In this document: positions 1 through 12,371 of the stretch, one piece after another
Position numbering within the stretch: position 1 is the first letter of the stretch
Layout: each line of letters starts with the position of its first letter
Source: Candidatus Peregrinibacteria bacterium
GTDB taxonomy: Bacteria > Patescibacteriota > Gracilibacteria > UBA1369
Direction: 5' to 3'
DNA length: 64,000 nt
NCBI GenBank assembly: GCA_963708185.1
Contig: OY970195.1
Coordinates: forward strand, 348,004-412,003
Made by a program: the position numbers and the translations under genes
Notes under the pieces: model-generated
The model's input: the letters and a program-made list of their open reading frames with translations, nothing else
What the model was told of the DNA's origin: nothing
The model's database searches: none

Positions 1-239
1 CCGACGTCGTTGAAAGCCATTTTAAGAAATTCACCCCGGGTGACGAGCTTGTCAGGCTTGAACGTTCCATCAGAATATCCGTTGACGATGTTCTGGAGCT
101 GAAGGGCTTCTATGGCTTTTAGCTGCGGATAGGTTTCGGGAACGTCGCTGAATGAGGCGGCGGCGGCGTTCGGTACCAGAAAAAAAACAAAAGGAACCAG
201 GCTTCCCGTGAGGAATACCTTGAGGGATGTTTTGTTCAT
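1..239 (-). CDS. S-layer homology (SLH) domain protein, N-terminal part; the gene runs off the left edge
   Basis: Reverse-strand ATG at 239-237. The translation MNKTSLKVFLTGSLVPFVFFLVPNAAAASFSDVPETYPQLKAIEALQLQNIVNGYSDGTFKPDKLVTRGEFLKMAF is a signal peptide followed by an SLH repeat (GYxDGTFKP...TRxE). It is absent from the ORF track because the window edge truncates it. Confidence 0.6.
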   Translation of the reverse strand, partial: MNKTSLKVFLTGSLVPFVFFLVPNAAAASFSDVPETYPQLKAIEALQLQNIVNGYSDGTFKPDKLVTRGEFLKMAFNDV

Positions 240-361
240 AAAAGATCGTTTTTCACCGAATAAAAGCGCAAAATATGCCTTCAAATTATAGTCCAGCTCA
301 TGGTTAAAAACAATGAACGAATTTGTGGCTTATCCTAGCCTATTTTGCCTCATTCGGGTTG

Positions 362-390
362 TTGACCCGGGGTCTGTTTTCCGGTATAAT
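362..390 (+). promoter_or_regulatory. sigma70-like promoter TTGACC-17-TATAAT
   Basis: TTGACC at 362-367 and TATAAT at 385-390 with a 17-nt spacer. It lies inside the 313-start ORF, which argues for the ATG at 412 as the real start. Confidence 0.5.
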
Positions 391-411
391 ATAAAGATTA
401 AGATTTTATCT

Positions 412-2880
412 ATGAAAAGCCTTAAACAACTCGTCGTCATTGCCGTTGCTTTTCTCGTTTTCCTCGGAACGTTGGGACTGGAAAGTGTCTTTGCCGGTCC
501 TGTGGAGGCGAAGATGATCGGCCGGCTTACTGTCGTGGTTCCGTCGGGCGAGTCCGTTGATCTGACGCGAGACAATGCAACGCAGACGCTCAGCGGAGAG
601 GCGGTCCAGGATCTCCAGCAGGGTGATACTCTTGCAGTGAAATCGGGTTCGGATGTTGAGGTCCATTTTTCTGACAGGGGAGTGTTGAGGCTTTCTTCCA
701 ACGCACAACTTGGCGTTGATTTTCTTGATTCGAAACAGGATGAGTATGTCTTGAATCTTAAACAGGGCAGAGTGTGGGAAAATAATCTTTATACCTCCGC
801 TGTTTTTAATCTTGTCGCCAACGGTGCCTACGTTATTCCAGATTACGCATCCGTCGACGTGAACATCGATGGGCAGAAAACCCTTGTGTACGCCGATCGC
901 CACCAGGCGAGCATCGGACTTGTTCCTCTGGATTTTCACGCGACCTCTGCAAAACTGTTTCCGGACGGCGATCTCATCAACAGTTATCTTTTGCCTGAAG
1001 GAAATCAGACAACGGTTTACGCTGATAAAATCACCCAGAACGCCGACACCCTCAAGATACTTTTTTATTCAAAACTGGTGAAGGAGTTTCCATTCGGTGC
1101 CATCGATCCGCAGATGTTGACGAGCGATGCGTGGATCGCCAATAACATAAAACTTGATAAAACCTACGAAAATAAGATCAAGGACCAGACCTCGCAGGAG
1201 ATCCGTTCGCGCGGTCTGAAAATTTCGGATCTCAACTCTTTCGGCTACGGTTTTGGTCAATCGCTGGATAGGTTTTATAATTTTTTGACCTTTTCTCACA
1301 GCAAAGTGATAGCACGCACCAACAGTGATATTTTCGATCATCTCGATGACGCCGAATATCTTCTGCTGTTCGGTCAAACCACAAGAGCCAACGAACGTCT
1401 CGATTATTTCAAGAAAGCACTCGATGCCGCTTTGGCTTCCCAGGATGGTGATTACAAAAATTCAGTGCTGGCAAAACTGCGAAGCGGGTACGATCAATTG
1501 AGTTATGTTTCCCCCGACGATTATCTGGCGCCGGCGAAAGCCATGGTGACGAATTATCTTCTTGCACAGATCGGCGACAGCGATAATGAAATCCGACAGA
1601 AGTTCATGCTCGTCAGGAATACGATGAACAGCGTTTACGATCTTGCGGATACCAGTTCGCAGTCTGCTCGTCAGGCACTTGAAGATTACTTCACGGAGTT
1701 TACCCAGTTGGTCAACAAGGAGCAGACGAGACTCAGCGGCATGAGAAATATCATTGCAGAAGAGAACCAGGTCATGAACAATCTGCTTCTCCATTATCCG
1801 ATTTTTTACCGAGACCGTTATTTTGCCATCAAGTATCAGCTTGAACAGCAATGGTTGGCTTTGCTTCCGGAAGGCACCGACAAGAATGAAGAAAAGCAGA
1901 CCATCATCAGCCAGAAGATAGATTTCCTGCGTCAGCTCCAGACCTTTTTCCTTGCGGACAAGATTGCCGCCGATGACGCCAAACAGATCGTTTTCCGTCT
2001 GTTCCGCGAGGCGGATGATCTCAAACTTCCTCCCGAGGACCAGGTTGCGGTGAGTGACCTCTACGCCAAGCGCCTCCAGGATTTCGGAGTATTCTACCGA
2101 TATTTAAATTCACCGGAGTATGTTGCGACGACGCTCCACGGATCCTCGCGCAAGACCCAGTTTGACCAGTTCGTCCAGGCTCAACAGGAACAGGTGAGCA
2201 TCGAGGAAATCCGTCAGGAAATTTTGGGAAATCAAACGGCTCCCGTCATTACGCCTGATCAGATTCTTGCGCAGGCTCAACAGGATTTTGCTTCGATCGG
2301 CGCCACCAACGTCGTTTTTGGAGGGCTGAGTGATGTCACTCAGAAAGTCGTTTCGCTCAACAACGCCCTTGTTGGAGGTATCAACATTTCCGCACAGTAC
2401 GATTGGGACAAGAAACTTGTTTCACAAATTTACTCGGGTGATACCCTCATTTCAGCCGATGCGGTAAATCTGAGCAATCTTGCGGCGTTGATCAAGGCGA
2501 AAACGCAACAGCCGACTCCGAAACCCGCACCGACTCCGCAACCGAGCCCGACACCGGCTCCTGCGACGTCCGAATCCAAAACCGAACTTGTCGCGAAAAT
2601 CCTGATCATCCAGAAGCTTAAAGCGAATAATATCGGTGTCGCTCAGGGCGATCTCGTCATCGATGATCTGTCGAACAGCCTGTTTACCATCCAGAAAGCG
2701 ATTCTTGTTTCCGATCAGTCGGTATCGTTCAGTTTTGATGTTGACGGCAAAAACGGTCTTGCGACGAACATCGTCGTTTCAACACAGAGCGGTCCGCAGC
2801 CCATTGACGGCACTTTGAATCTCGCTGACGTTTCGGCCCAGGTGAAATCCGTCTTTGACGCGAACAAGGCGAAACCTTAA
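412..2880 (+). CDS. secreted or membrane-anchored hypothetical protein with a FecR-like N-terminal beta domain and a Pro/Thr-rich linker
   Basis: ORF 313..2880. The internal start MKSLKQLVVIAVAFLVFLGTLG is a signal/anchor sequence. The segment GDTLAVKSGSDVEVHFSDRGVLRLSSNAQL is FecR-like (weak). The linker is QQPTPKPAPTPQPSPTPAP. No function is recognisable. Confidence 0.7.
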   Translation: MKSLKQLVVIAVAFLVFLGTLGLESVFAGPVEAKMIGRLTVVVPSGESVDLTRDNATQTLSGEAVQDLQQGDTLAVKSGSDVEVHFSDRGVLRLSSNAQLGVDFLDSKQDEYVLNLKQGRVWENNLYTSAVFNLVANGAYVIPDYASVDVNIDGQKTLVYADRHQASIGLVPLDFHATSAKLFPDGDLINSYLLPEGNQTTVYADKITQNADTLKILFYSKLVKEFPFGAIDPQMLTSDAWIANNIKLDKTYENKIKDQTSQEIRSRGLKISDLNSFGYGFGQSLDRFYNFLTFSHSKVIARTNSDIFDHLDDAEYLLLFGQTTRANERLDYFKKALDAALASQDGDYKNSVLAKLRSGYDQLSYVSPDDYLAPAKAMVTNYLLAQIGDSDNEIRQKFMLVRNTMNSVYDLADTSSQSARQALEDYFTEFTQLVNKEQTRLSGMRNIIAEENQVMNNLLLHYPIFYRDRYFAIKYQLEQQWLALLPEGTDKNEEKQTIISQKIDFLRQLQTFFLADKIAADDAKQIVFRLFREADDLKLPPEDQVAVSDLYAKRLQDFGVFYRYLNSPEYVATTLHGSSRKTQFDQFVQAQQEQVSIEEIRQEILGNQTAPVITPDQILAQAQQDFASIGATNVVFGGLSDVTQKVVSLNNALVGGINISAQYDWDKKLVSQIYSGDTLISADAVNLSNLAALIKAKTQQPTPKPAPTPQPSPTPAPATSESKTELVAKILIIQKLKANNIGVAQGDLVIDDLSNSLFTIQKAILVSDQSVSFSFDVDGKNGLATNIVVSTQSGPQPIDGTLNLADVSAQVKSVFDANKAKP

Positions 2881-2965
2881 GCTTCAAGGGTTTCTTTTGC
2901 TTTCTTTTTCAATTATGCTATATTCCCAATGGCCTCTTTTTGATATTCACCACGTGATATATTGA

Positions 2966-4927
<1,962 letters not shown>

Positions 4928-4957
4928 GATATCTAAAACCGGTTTCGTGAACGTGTT

Positions 4958-7900
4958 TTACGCTTTGTTCTTGTTGGAACTCTCCGGCGGCGGAACGAGC
5001 GTTGGTTTTATCGATGACATGGATGGAACGGCCGTGCTGCGGGGATATCCCGGAGCTATGGTGTAGCGGTGACTCCGATCGTCATGGGGCGGAACACTGC
5101 GGTGAATCTGGGTTTTGAGTTCTTCCATGATCGTTTTTGTTTCACCGGTGTTGACCAGATAGTAATCGCCTTTGTGAACGAAAATGATGTTCTGTTCACC
5201 GAGGTCCCAATCCACTTCGTCGATGATTTCGGCAAGGTAGGCTTTGAAGTCGCACAAGACTTCATCGTCGGGAAGGATATTGTCCAGTCCGCGGGTGATT
5301 CTTGAGTCGCGGATGTTGACTTTGAAAAGATAACTTCCCTTGGAAAGTTCCAGCGTACTCGTTTCGCCCTTCTGTGTCGTGGTGAGAATTCTGTAACAGC
5401 CGGAAGGGGTGTTTTTGTGATTAAGCACGTTTCCCTGGACGTCGCCGTGGTCCTGGTCGAGGACCTGGCGGAGTTCTTTTTTCTGCAGGTCGCCGAGGGG
5501 AATATAGACGAATTCGGTGAATCTTTTGTCCTGGACTCTTAAAACACGGTGGCTGCCGTGACGGCGACGTTTTTCGTACGTTGTTCTTGCGACGTAAATA
5601 GGCACAACTTCTTCAACGTCACCCTGCCCGATTTCCGCTTTGAAGGATACTCCTTTTTCGCCGTTCACCGGTACGGTGCCGAGCGTGTATTTTACTTTTC
5701 CTTCGGAGATCTGTGCATGGCTTATTGAAAATTCCTGGCCTTCAAACTGCGCGAGTTTTTCCGCGTCGAGTTTGTCTCCTTTTGAAGGAAGCGCCGCCGC
5801 GCCGTTGCGGAGTTCAACGCTGTAGGAGAGGTTTGAACCGTCGAGGTTTTTCAAGGCAGCGGCGTACTGTTCGTTCATGGCCACCGTAATGTGTTCGGCC
5901 GCAAGCCCGAGCTTGTTTTTCAAAAATTCGCTGAAGGTTTCGAACTGTCTGCTTGAACCTTTCTTGGTGGAGATGCGGTATGGGACCGCTGTGTCAGACG
6001 CAATGGTCGTTTTGACCAGTTCGTGGGTGCGTCTCGGAATCAGGATCTGTTTGCGTCTCGCTTTTCCCTGGGTTCGCGCCGAGGTGTTCATCGTCGTTCC
6101 GACCAGGGTGTAATCGTTCGATGAAAGCAGGTCAAGTTTCACGTATCCCGAGTCGCCGGAATAGACGGCGGTCGTCGTGTCGATGACCGGTGAAAGTCCG
6201 AACTCTTCACGAAGACGGGTAAGATACCACTCTTCGGGGTTTTCCTGATATTCCATCCATTCATCGGTCTGTTCGCTGTCTTCAATGCTCGGCGGGACGA
6301 ATTTTTTTTCAGCAATTTTAATCAGTTCCACGCGGAATTTTTCGGAAAGTCCGTTGAGTTCTTTCTGGATGAGCAGTGCCGCTTTCAATGCGTTCATCGC
6401 AAAAAATTCGGGGTGGCGTTCGTCGGATTTGTATCCGAGCGGATCGCGCCCTGTTGTGTCGATGGGTACGCCGAAGTGCATGATGGCCATGTCTCCGACC
6501 GCTTTGTCCCAGGTCCCGCAATACGTCGTGCCGATGCGCTGACAGAGTACCAGAAAGTCCTGGACGATGTTTTTGATGACGCTGAGAGCTTCTATGCTGG
6601 CTTTATCGTTTTTGAAAAGTTTGCGTTCAATGAGGTTGCAAATTCTGGTGTAGCCGGATATATCTGTGATGATGGTACTGGTTTCGGAACGAACGATTTC
6701 TTCGATGCCGTTGCCCATTTCCGCAGCAGCGATTTTGGGGTCCCTTCCTTCCACCATCAGGCGCAGATTGTTGCGCCATTGGGAAGCGTGGCTTGCGAGG
6801 ATCATGGAAGCCATCCGCAGGAACGTTTTGTCTTCATCGGTGAGCTCTTCGCTTTCATCGGTGCGGAAAATGATTTTTCCGATGATTTTTTTCTGTCCCT
6901 GTTCATTTCTTGAGGGATCGATGATGTCCTTGATCAGGGTGTGTTTTCCTCCCGAACGGTTGAGCGTTTTTGCCGACTGTTCGGCAAATCCACGGAGTTC
7001 TGGTGTATCTGCAAGGTTTTCGGGATCATGGTCGTCGCTGTATCTTTTGGCGATGAAATGGTCGCATTCTCCTTCGTCTTCATCCGAGACCACGAGGAGG
7101 AGGTCGGCTTCGGTGGCTTTGCTGTACAGGCAGATCTCTTTCATGAGTTCCGCGAGTCCTTTCTCAAAATTCGAAGAAGCGCCGTGGCGATCGAGAATGC
7201 CGTGGGCGAGTTTGTCGAGTCGCGTGATACGCCGCGCTTTGAGCGCTTCGTCTATTTTGCTGTCGAGACGCGTTCTGGCTTGGTCGACGAATGCCTGGAG
7301 TTTTTGGTCGAGCGTTTGTCCCGGCGCCATTGTTATCTCCAGGACTCCGAGTTTGCGGTCGGCGATTTTCAGTTCGACGAAAACGGTATTTGAGGTCGGG
7401 TCAAAGAACAGGAATTTTTTTTCGTCTTCGTCAAAAAGAGCCCGTTCGTTCTTTTTCGTGAACTCTTCCTGGTTCGAGGATTCACGCTTTCCGCTCAGGT
7501 TGATTTTGGTGAGATGAGCGGTCTCCTCATAATGGTTTTCTTCGTTGACAAGGTAAAAAGCAATGTCAAAAAATTTTTCTCCGGCTATTTTTTTCAGGTA
7601 CCCCATAATTTCCCTGATCCCTTCTTCAAGCGCCTCACCTCCGGAAATATAATCAATGAGTTCATTGAGTTCACGGTCGATTTTGAGCGTTTCGGCATCG
7701 AGGGCCAGTGTCTGGTTCTGCTCGACGGCCTTTGCGGCGTCTTGATTGGCTTTTTTTGCTTCAACCAAAAGGCGAAGCTGTTCAGCAATGGTTTTTTTGG
7801 TCACGGCGAGTGCGTGGAGTGCTTTCGGTTCGATGACTCCGATTTCCGAAGAAACATGAAGGTTCGTTTTCATCAGGAGTTCGAAAGGATCGATCGAAAT

Positions 7901-8209
7901 ATCTTCGGGCTTTACTCCCGATTTCAGCTCAGCCTGGATGTCCGCATACGTTTTCGGAGGGATAACCTGCAGGGCTGCCATTTTGTTTGCGTGGATCATG
8001 CGTACGATCGTTTTCATGACGGCGCGGAGTTCTTCAGGACGTAAAGAGTTTTTTGCGTCTTTTAAGGTTTCCCAGTCTTTTCGTACGCCCTCGTCGAGTC
8101 TTGCTTCGTCCACTTCAGACTTTCGTTCTTTCAGCGTGGTTTTCGCTGCAAGAATATCAAGTTCAATGTGATCTTCTCGTGAAAATGGGAATTTTGGCAT
8201 ATTGGTCAC
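4958..8209 (-). CDS. large signalling protein: N-terminal helical region, two GAF-like regions, a class III adenylate/guanylate cyclase homology domain and an unassigned ~380-aa C-terminal region
   Basis: 1083 aa. The cyclase-like motifs are STIITDISGYT (metal Asp), VGDMAIMHFGVP (second Asp) and LVGTTMNTSARTQG (Asn/Arg pair). The GAF-like strands are KLGVLEITM and IIGKIIFRT. Confidence 0.8.
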   Translation of the reverse strand: MTNMPKFPFSREDHIELDILAAKTTLKERKSEVDEARLDEGVRKDWETLKDAKNSLRPEELRAVMKTIVRMIHANKMAALQVIPPKTYADIQAELKSGVKPEDISIDPFELLMKTNLHVSSEIGVIEPKALHALAVTKKTIAEQLRLLVEAKKANQDAAKAVEQNQTLALDAETLKIDRELNELIDYISGGEALEEGIREIMGYLKKIAGEKFFDIAFYLVNEENHYEETAHLTKINLSGKRESSNQEEFTKKNERALFDEDEKKFLFFDPTSNTVFVELKIADRKLGVLEITMAPGQTLDQKLQAFVDQARTRLDSKIDEALKARRITRLDKLAHGILDRHGASSNFEKGLAELMKEICLYSKATEADLLLVVSDEDEGECDHFIAKRYSDDHDPENLADTPELRGFAEQSAKTLNRSGGKHTLIKDIIDPSRNEQGQKKIIGKIIFRTDESEELTDEDKTFLRMASMILASHASQWRNNLRLMVEGRDPKIAAAEMGNGIEEIVRSETSTIITDISGYTRICNLIERKLFKNDKASIEALSVIKNIVQDFLVLCQRIGTTYCGTWDKAVGDMAIMHFGVPIDTTGRDPLGYKSDERHPEFFAMNALKAALLIQKELNGLSEKFRVELIKIAEKKFVPPSIEDSEQTDEWMEYQENPEEWYLTRLREEFGLSPVIDTTTAVYSGDSGYVKLDLLSSNDYTLVGTTMNTSARTQGKARRKQILIPRRTHELVKTTIASDTAVPYRISTKKGSSRQFETFSEFLKNKLGLAAEHITVAMNEQYAAALKNLDGSNLSYSVELRNGAAALPSKGDKLDAEKLAQFEGQEFSISHAQISEGKVKYTLGTVPVNGEKGVSFKAEIGQGDVEEVVPIYVARTTYEKRRRHGSHRVLRVQDKRFTEFVYIPLGDLQKKELRQVLDQDHGDVQGNVLNHKNTPSGCYRILTTTQKGETSTLELSKGSYLFKVNIRDSRITRGLDNILPDDEVLCDFKAYLAEIIDEVDWDLGEQNIIFVHKGDYYLVNTGETKTIMEELKTQIHRSVPPHDDRSHRYTIAPGYPRSTAVPSMSSIKPTLVPPPESSNKNKA

Positions 8210-8308
8210 AGGTCTAAAGTTTTAGAGTGTATTTTACCATTTTATTACCGTTTGTCAATATTATGTCTCCGGGGAATTTTCAATTCGGGGGCGATTTTAG
8301 GGAACAAT

Positions 8309-8336
8309 TTGACTTTTGGGAAGTTCTTTTTATAAT
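8309..8336 (+). promoter_or_regulatory. sigma70-like promoter TTGACT-16-TATAAT upstream of rpsU
   Basis: TTGACT at 8309-8314 and TATAAT at 8331-8336. A GGAAGGAGGTG Shine-Dalgarno sequence precedes the ATG at 8385. Confidence 0.5.
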
Positions 8337-8384
8337 GATGAAGCTTTTTATTTATTTTAAGCCTTTGGAAGGAGGTGAGACTGT

Positions 8385-8591
8385 ATGGCAATAACCCTTT
8401 GGAAAAATCCGAAAGAGTCCGTTGATCGTTTGATTTCACGTTTCAACAAAAAGGTTCAGGCAAGCCGAGTTATTTTGCTGACAAAGGAACGCCGTTACCG
8501 AAAAAAGAAACCGAGTAAGCGTCATGAACGTACAGCGGCCATGATGCGCACGAATTACCGTCATCAAAGAGAGAGACAGAAGTTCTATTAG
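8385..8591 (+). CDS. rpsU: 30S ribosomal protein S21
   Basis: 68-aa basic protein with ESVDRLISRFNKKVQASRVILLTKERRYRKKKPSKRHE, the typical S21 pattern. It has a strong Shine-Dalgarno sequence. Confidence 0.9.
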   Translation: MAITLWKNPKESVDRLISRFNKKVQASRVILLTKERRYRKKKPSKRHERTAAMMRTNYRHQRERQKFY

Positions 8592-8599
8592 GATTTTGC

Positions 8600-8624
8600 A
8601 GCCCCGCCTCAGGCGGGGCTTTTT
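8600..8624 (+). terminator. intrinsic terminator after rpsU
   Basis: Stem AGCCCCGCC, loop TCA, stem GGCGGGGCT, then TTTTT. Confidence 0.6.
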
Positions 8625-9482
8625 ATGAATTTTATGAAAGTACGAGAACTCTTCAAACATATCCGTTCGAAATTGGGCCAACAGGGTGATTTCCTTGGGG
8701 CTGAGCTTCTGCTTGCCTATGTTTTGGATAAGGACCGCGCTTATCTTCAGGCTCACGATGATGAAGAGATTCCACAAGAGAGCATGAGGCGTTACGATGA
8801 ACTTTTTGGGAGAATGGCGGCCGGGGAACCCGTGGCATATCTTTTGGGACACAGGGAGTTTTACGGTCTTAATTTTTTCGTGGACCGCAGAGTATTGATA
8901 CCACGACCCGAAACCGAACATCTGGTTGAAAAGGTGTTGGACTATTGCCGGAAAAATACGGATGTCCTCAAGATTCTCGACCTTGGGACCGGCAGCGGGT
9001 GCATTGCTCTTTCGTTGGCAAAACTTTTGCCTTCAACCCACGTAACGGCAACGGATATTTCCGAGGATGCCCTCAACGTGGCTCGAATCAATGCGCAGCG
9101 GTTGGACCTCAAAAACAGGGTATCGTTGTTGCAGAGTGATTTGCTGGAATCCGTTTCCGGCCCTTTTGACGTCATTGTTGCGAATCTCCCCTACATTGGC
9201 GAGAAACGTTTTTCTTTCGTCAGTAAATCAGCGTACGATTATGAACCTCATGTTGCGCTTTTTGGCGGGAACGAGGGTTTGAGTTTGTACCGCAGGTTTT
9301 TTGAAGAGCTTTCGAGAATCTCCTGGAGGCCGCGTCTGCTCGTTGGAGAGTTCGGTTTTTTGCAAAAAGAAGAGCTTTTAGCCATTTTTCAATCGATATT
9401 CCCTGAAATTTCCATGCATTTTGAGCAAGATTATGCTCACATTGACCGGATGTTTGTGGTAGAATTTCCGTCGATTCCTTAA
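8625..9482 (+). CDS. prmC: release-factor glutamine N5-methyltransferase (PrmC/HemK)
   Basis: 285 aa. SAM motif [13 protein letters not shown], catalytic VANLPYI (an NPPY variant) and EPxxAL. It sits immediately upstream of prfA. Confidence 0.9.
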   Translation: MNFMKVRELFKHIRSKLGQQGDFLGAELLLAYVLDKDRAYLQAHDDEEIPQESMRRYDELFGRMAAGEPVAYLLGHREFYGLNFFVDRRVLIPRPETEHLVEKVLDYCRKNTDVLKILDLGTGSGCIALSLAKLLPSTHVTATDISEDALNVARINAQRLDLKNRVSLLQSDLLESVSGPFDVIVANLPYIGEKRFSFVSKSAYDYEPHVALFGGNEGLSLYRRFFEELSRISWRPRLLVGEFGFLQKEELLAIFQSIFPEISMHFEQDYAHIDRMFVVEFPSIP

Positions 9483-9498
9483 ATCTCGATTTGTTCAT

Positions 9499-10569
9499 AT
9501 GTTTACCAAGCTGGAACAACTGGAAAAAGAGTATGCGATGATTGAACAGCAGTTAGCCGATCCGGCCGTCATTTCACATCAACAGGAATACACCAAGCTG
9601 ATGAGGCGTTATAAGGAAATAGGGAAGGCGGTTGTTTTGTTCCGCGACTATAAGCGCGCCGAGAAGGAGATGAAGGATGCCGAGGAGATTTTGAAAACCG
9701 AGAAAGATGAAGGAATGCGCACGTTCGCCAAAGACCAGATGCAGTCGGCGAAAGAAGAGCGGGAAAAGATCGAAGAAGAACTGAAAGTGGAACTTTTACC
9801 CAAGGACCCGAACGATTTCAAGAACGTCATCATGGAGATCCGTGCCGGTGCTGGAGGCGAAGAAGCCGCGCTTTTTGCGGGAGAGCTGTTCCGCATGTAT
9901 TGCAAGTTTGCGGAAAACTGCGGTTTTAAAATCGAACTGATCAGTAAAAGTGAAGCGACGGCTGGTGGTCTGAAGGAAATCATTTTTAAAATTCTGGGTG
10001 ACGGCGCTTACAGTAAATTCAAGTTCGAAAGCGGAGTTCATCGCGTTCAGAGGATTCCTTCAACGGAAAGCCAGGGGCGCATCCATACGTCGACGGTTAC
10101 GGTCGCGGTTTTGCCCGAAGCTGAAGAGGTCGACGTCGAGATCAAAGATGCTGATCTTCGCATCGATGTGTTTCGTGCCGGCGGACCGGGAGGGCAGAGT
10201 GTCAATACAACCGATTCAGCCGTGCGCATTACGCACATACCAAGCGGACTCGTCGTTTCGCAGCAGGATGAAAAATCACAGTTAAAAAACAAGCAGAAGG
10301 CGATGGAGGTGCTCAGAACCCGTTTGTACGCCATGGAACAGGAAAAACGCCAGAAGGAGCTGGGTGAGAAACGCCTCAGTCAAATCGGTACCGGCGAACG
10401 ATCGGAAAAAATCAGGACCTATAATTTCCCCCAGGATCGTGTAACTGATCACCGCATCAAAGAGAGCTGGAGCAATTTGCCCTCGATTATGGAAGGCAAC
10501 ATCGATGAAATCGTCGATGACCTGACGATCGCGGAACAGACCGAACTTCTTGCGAACAAGAAAGGTTAA
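9499..10569 (+). CDS. prfA: peptide chain release factor 1
   Basis: 356 aa. GGQ motif ([24 protein letters not shown]) and the RF1-type tripeptide region [15 protein letters not shown]. Confidence 0.95.
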   Translation: MFTKLEQLEKEYAMIEQQLADPAVISHQQEYTKLMRRYKEIGKAVVLFRDYKRAEKEMKDAEEILKTEKDEGMRTFAKDQMQSAKEEREKIEEELKVELLPKDPNDFKNVIMEIRAGAGGEEAALFAGELFRMYCKFAENCGFKIELISKSEATAGGLKEIIFKILGDGAYSKFKFESGVHRVQRIPSTESQGRIHTSTVTVAVLPEAEEVDVEIKDADLRIDVFRAGGPGGQSVNTTDSAVRITHIPSGLVVSQQDEKSQLKNKQKAMEVLRTRLYAMEQEKRQKELGEKRLSQIGTGERSEKIRTYNFPQDRVTDHRIKESWSNLPSIMEGNIDEIVDDLTIAEQTELLANKKG

Positions 10570-12023
10570 TTTTTCCGGTAATGGGCTCCGAGGCTTTTGC
10601 GCCGTTTTAAGGATGCCCGGACGATAAGTTCCGCGACGTTCAGCATGTTTTGGAGTTCAAGCTTCGCAATACTTTCTTCTTTTGGAAGCTGCTTTTTGAT
10701 TGATTGGATGCGTTTCAGTGCTTGCTTGAGTAAATTTTTTGTTCGGATGATGCCGACGTTGTTCCACATCAAAGTTTGAAGTGTTTTTTTAAGCTTCGTT
10801 ATTTTTTTTGAGGCTTTGGGATAGTGCCGTTTTGTTGCTGAGATCTTCGGGAAATTTTTTATCACCGGAAGAGGGGAGTCCATAACGTGTTCTCCCATGA
10901 TAGCGGCTTCCAGAAGTGAATTGGAAGCGAGACGGTTGGCTCCCTGGAGTCCGGTGCAGGCGACCTCTCCCAATGCGTATAGATTGCGGATGTTGGTCTT
11001 CCCGTCCAGACCCGCGATGATGCCTCCGCAGAGATAATGCGCGGCGGGCGTGACGGGGATGAGGTCTTTCCCCATGTCGAAACCTTGATCTTTGAGATAG
11101 GCGTAAATCGTCGGGAATTTTTTCCGCAGTTCGGACGTTTTACGATGTCTGATGTCTAAAAAGATCTTTCCCTTTTTTTGTTCCTGGTAGGTGGCGATCG
11201 AAACGATGTCCCTCGGTGCCAGCTCGGCGTCTTTGTGATATTTCAGCATGTAGCGTTCGCCTTTGGCGTTGAGTAAAAGCGCTCCTTCCCCTCGCACCGT
11301 TTCGGAAATAAGAAAAAGAGGCGATCTTGCTTTGGCAAAAGCCGTCGGGTGGAACTGGACGAATTCCATGTCTTTGATGTTACAGCCGGCTCTGGCGGCC
11401 AGGGCTATTCCGTCTCCGGTCGTTATCGTCGGGTTGGTCGTGTAACGGTAAAGCTGCCCGACGCCTCCGGTGGCCAAAACGATTCTCCGGGCAAAAACCG
11501 GAACACACAGGTTTTTTCTGATGATTTTTACGCCGTAGCAGATTTTGTTTTTTACGATGAAATCCTTGGCGAAGCAGTTTTCCCAAATGGTGATGTTCGG
11601 TTTTTTCCTGACGAGTTTGACCAGGGTCTCGACAATGCTCAGTCCGGTATGGTCGCCGACGTGGACGATTCTTCTGAAGCGATGTCCAGCTTCCTGATTT
11701 TGCAGAAATTTCCCCTGCGAAGTTTTTTCGAAACTGACACCGAGTTTTTGGAGCATCTTGATGAGTTTCGGAGACTGTTCGATGAAATATTTTACAACGC
11801 TTTTGTTATTGTGGAAGGCTCCGGCTATCATGGTGTCTTCCACATGTTTCGCGAAATTGTCATGGGGTTGGAATACCGCGGCGATGCCGCCCTGTGCGTA
11901 TCTTGAATTGCTTTCGGTAAGCTGGGATTTAGTCACCAGCAACACGTTTCCTTTTTTGGAAGCGTGAAGGGCGCTGGTCAATCCCGCCAGCCCGGAGCCG
12001 ATAATAACAACATCGTACAACAT
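10566..12023 (-). CDS. nadB: L-aspartate oxidase (NadB-like FAD flavoprotein)
   Basis: 485 aa. Carries [17 protein letters not shown] (FAD), [29 protein letters not shown] and RKSLGAHYR. Confidence 0.85.
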   Translation of the reverse strand: MLYDVVIIGSGLAGLTSALHASKKGNVLLVTKSQLTESNSRYAQGGIAAVFQPHDNFAKHVEDTMIAGAFHNNKSVVKYFIEQSPKLIKMLQKLGVSFEKTSQGKFLQNQEAGHRFRRIVHVGDHTGLSIVETLVKLVRKKPNITIWENCFAKDFIVKNKICYGVKIIRKNLCVPVFARRIVLATGGVGQLYRYTTNPTITTGDGIALAARAGCNIKDMEFVQFHPTAFAKARSPLFLISETVRGEGALLLNAKGERYMLKYHKDAELAPRDIVSIATYQEQKKGKIFLDIRHRKTSELRKKFPTIYAYLKDQGFDMGKDLIPVTPAAHYLCGGIIAGLDGKTNIRNLYALGEVACTGLQGANRLASNSLLEAAIMGEHVMDSPLPVIKNFPKISATKRHYPKASKKITKLKKTLQTLMWNNVGIIRTKNLLKQALKRIQSIKKQLPKEESIAKLELQNMLNVAELIVRASLKRRKSLGAHYRKN

Positions 12024-12027
12024 TGGA

Positions 12028-12363
12028 TTAGTTCCAGAATTGAATATTCTGCCAGGTCTGCTGGAGCTGGGGACCGATTTTACTGAAATCGGGAATCAGT
12101 TTTGAAAAAAAGGTCGTCATGGCGTCGAAGTTCGCCTTGAGAGCGTTGACGTTATTGTTGAGGACATCGAGATAATGCGTTATTTCCGACCAAAGGTAAT
12201 AACCCAGGATGAGGATGACGATCGAGGGAATAATGATGAGCAAAGCGTGGACGATCCGGCCGATCCGAGCTTCCCGGTGTTCTTTCCGCTGGATTTCGGC
12301 AATGTTTTGCAGAAGGGTGTTCTCTTTTTCCAGCAGTGCGATGATTTGTTGATTTTGGTCCAT
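12028..12363 (-). CDS. hypothetical small membrane protein
   Basis: 111 aa with one central TM helix (IVHALLIIIPSIVILILGYYLW). Tightly packed with its neighbours. Confidence 0.5.
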   Translation of the reverse strand: MDQNQQIIALLEKENTLLQNIAEIQRKEHREARIGRIVHALLIIIPSIVILILGYYLWSEITHYLDVLNNNVNALKANFDAMTTFFSKLIPDFSKIGPQLQQTWQNIQFWN

Positions 12364-12371
12364 ACAAGAAA

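Noticed and set aside
313-411. N-terminal 33-aa extension of the 855-aa ORF
   Set aside because: A TTGACC-17-TATAAT promoter lies inside it, and the signal peptide begins at the internal Met (412).
5069-8171. Plus-strand ORFs of up to 283 aa, for example 6666..7517 and 6413..6913
   Set aside because: All are antisense to the 1083-aa cyclase gene. They are Ser/Arg/Phe-rich with no motifs, so they are shadow ORFs.
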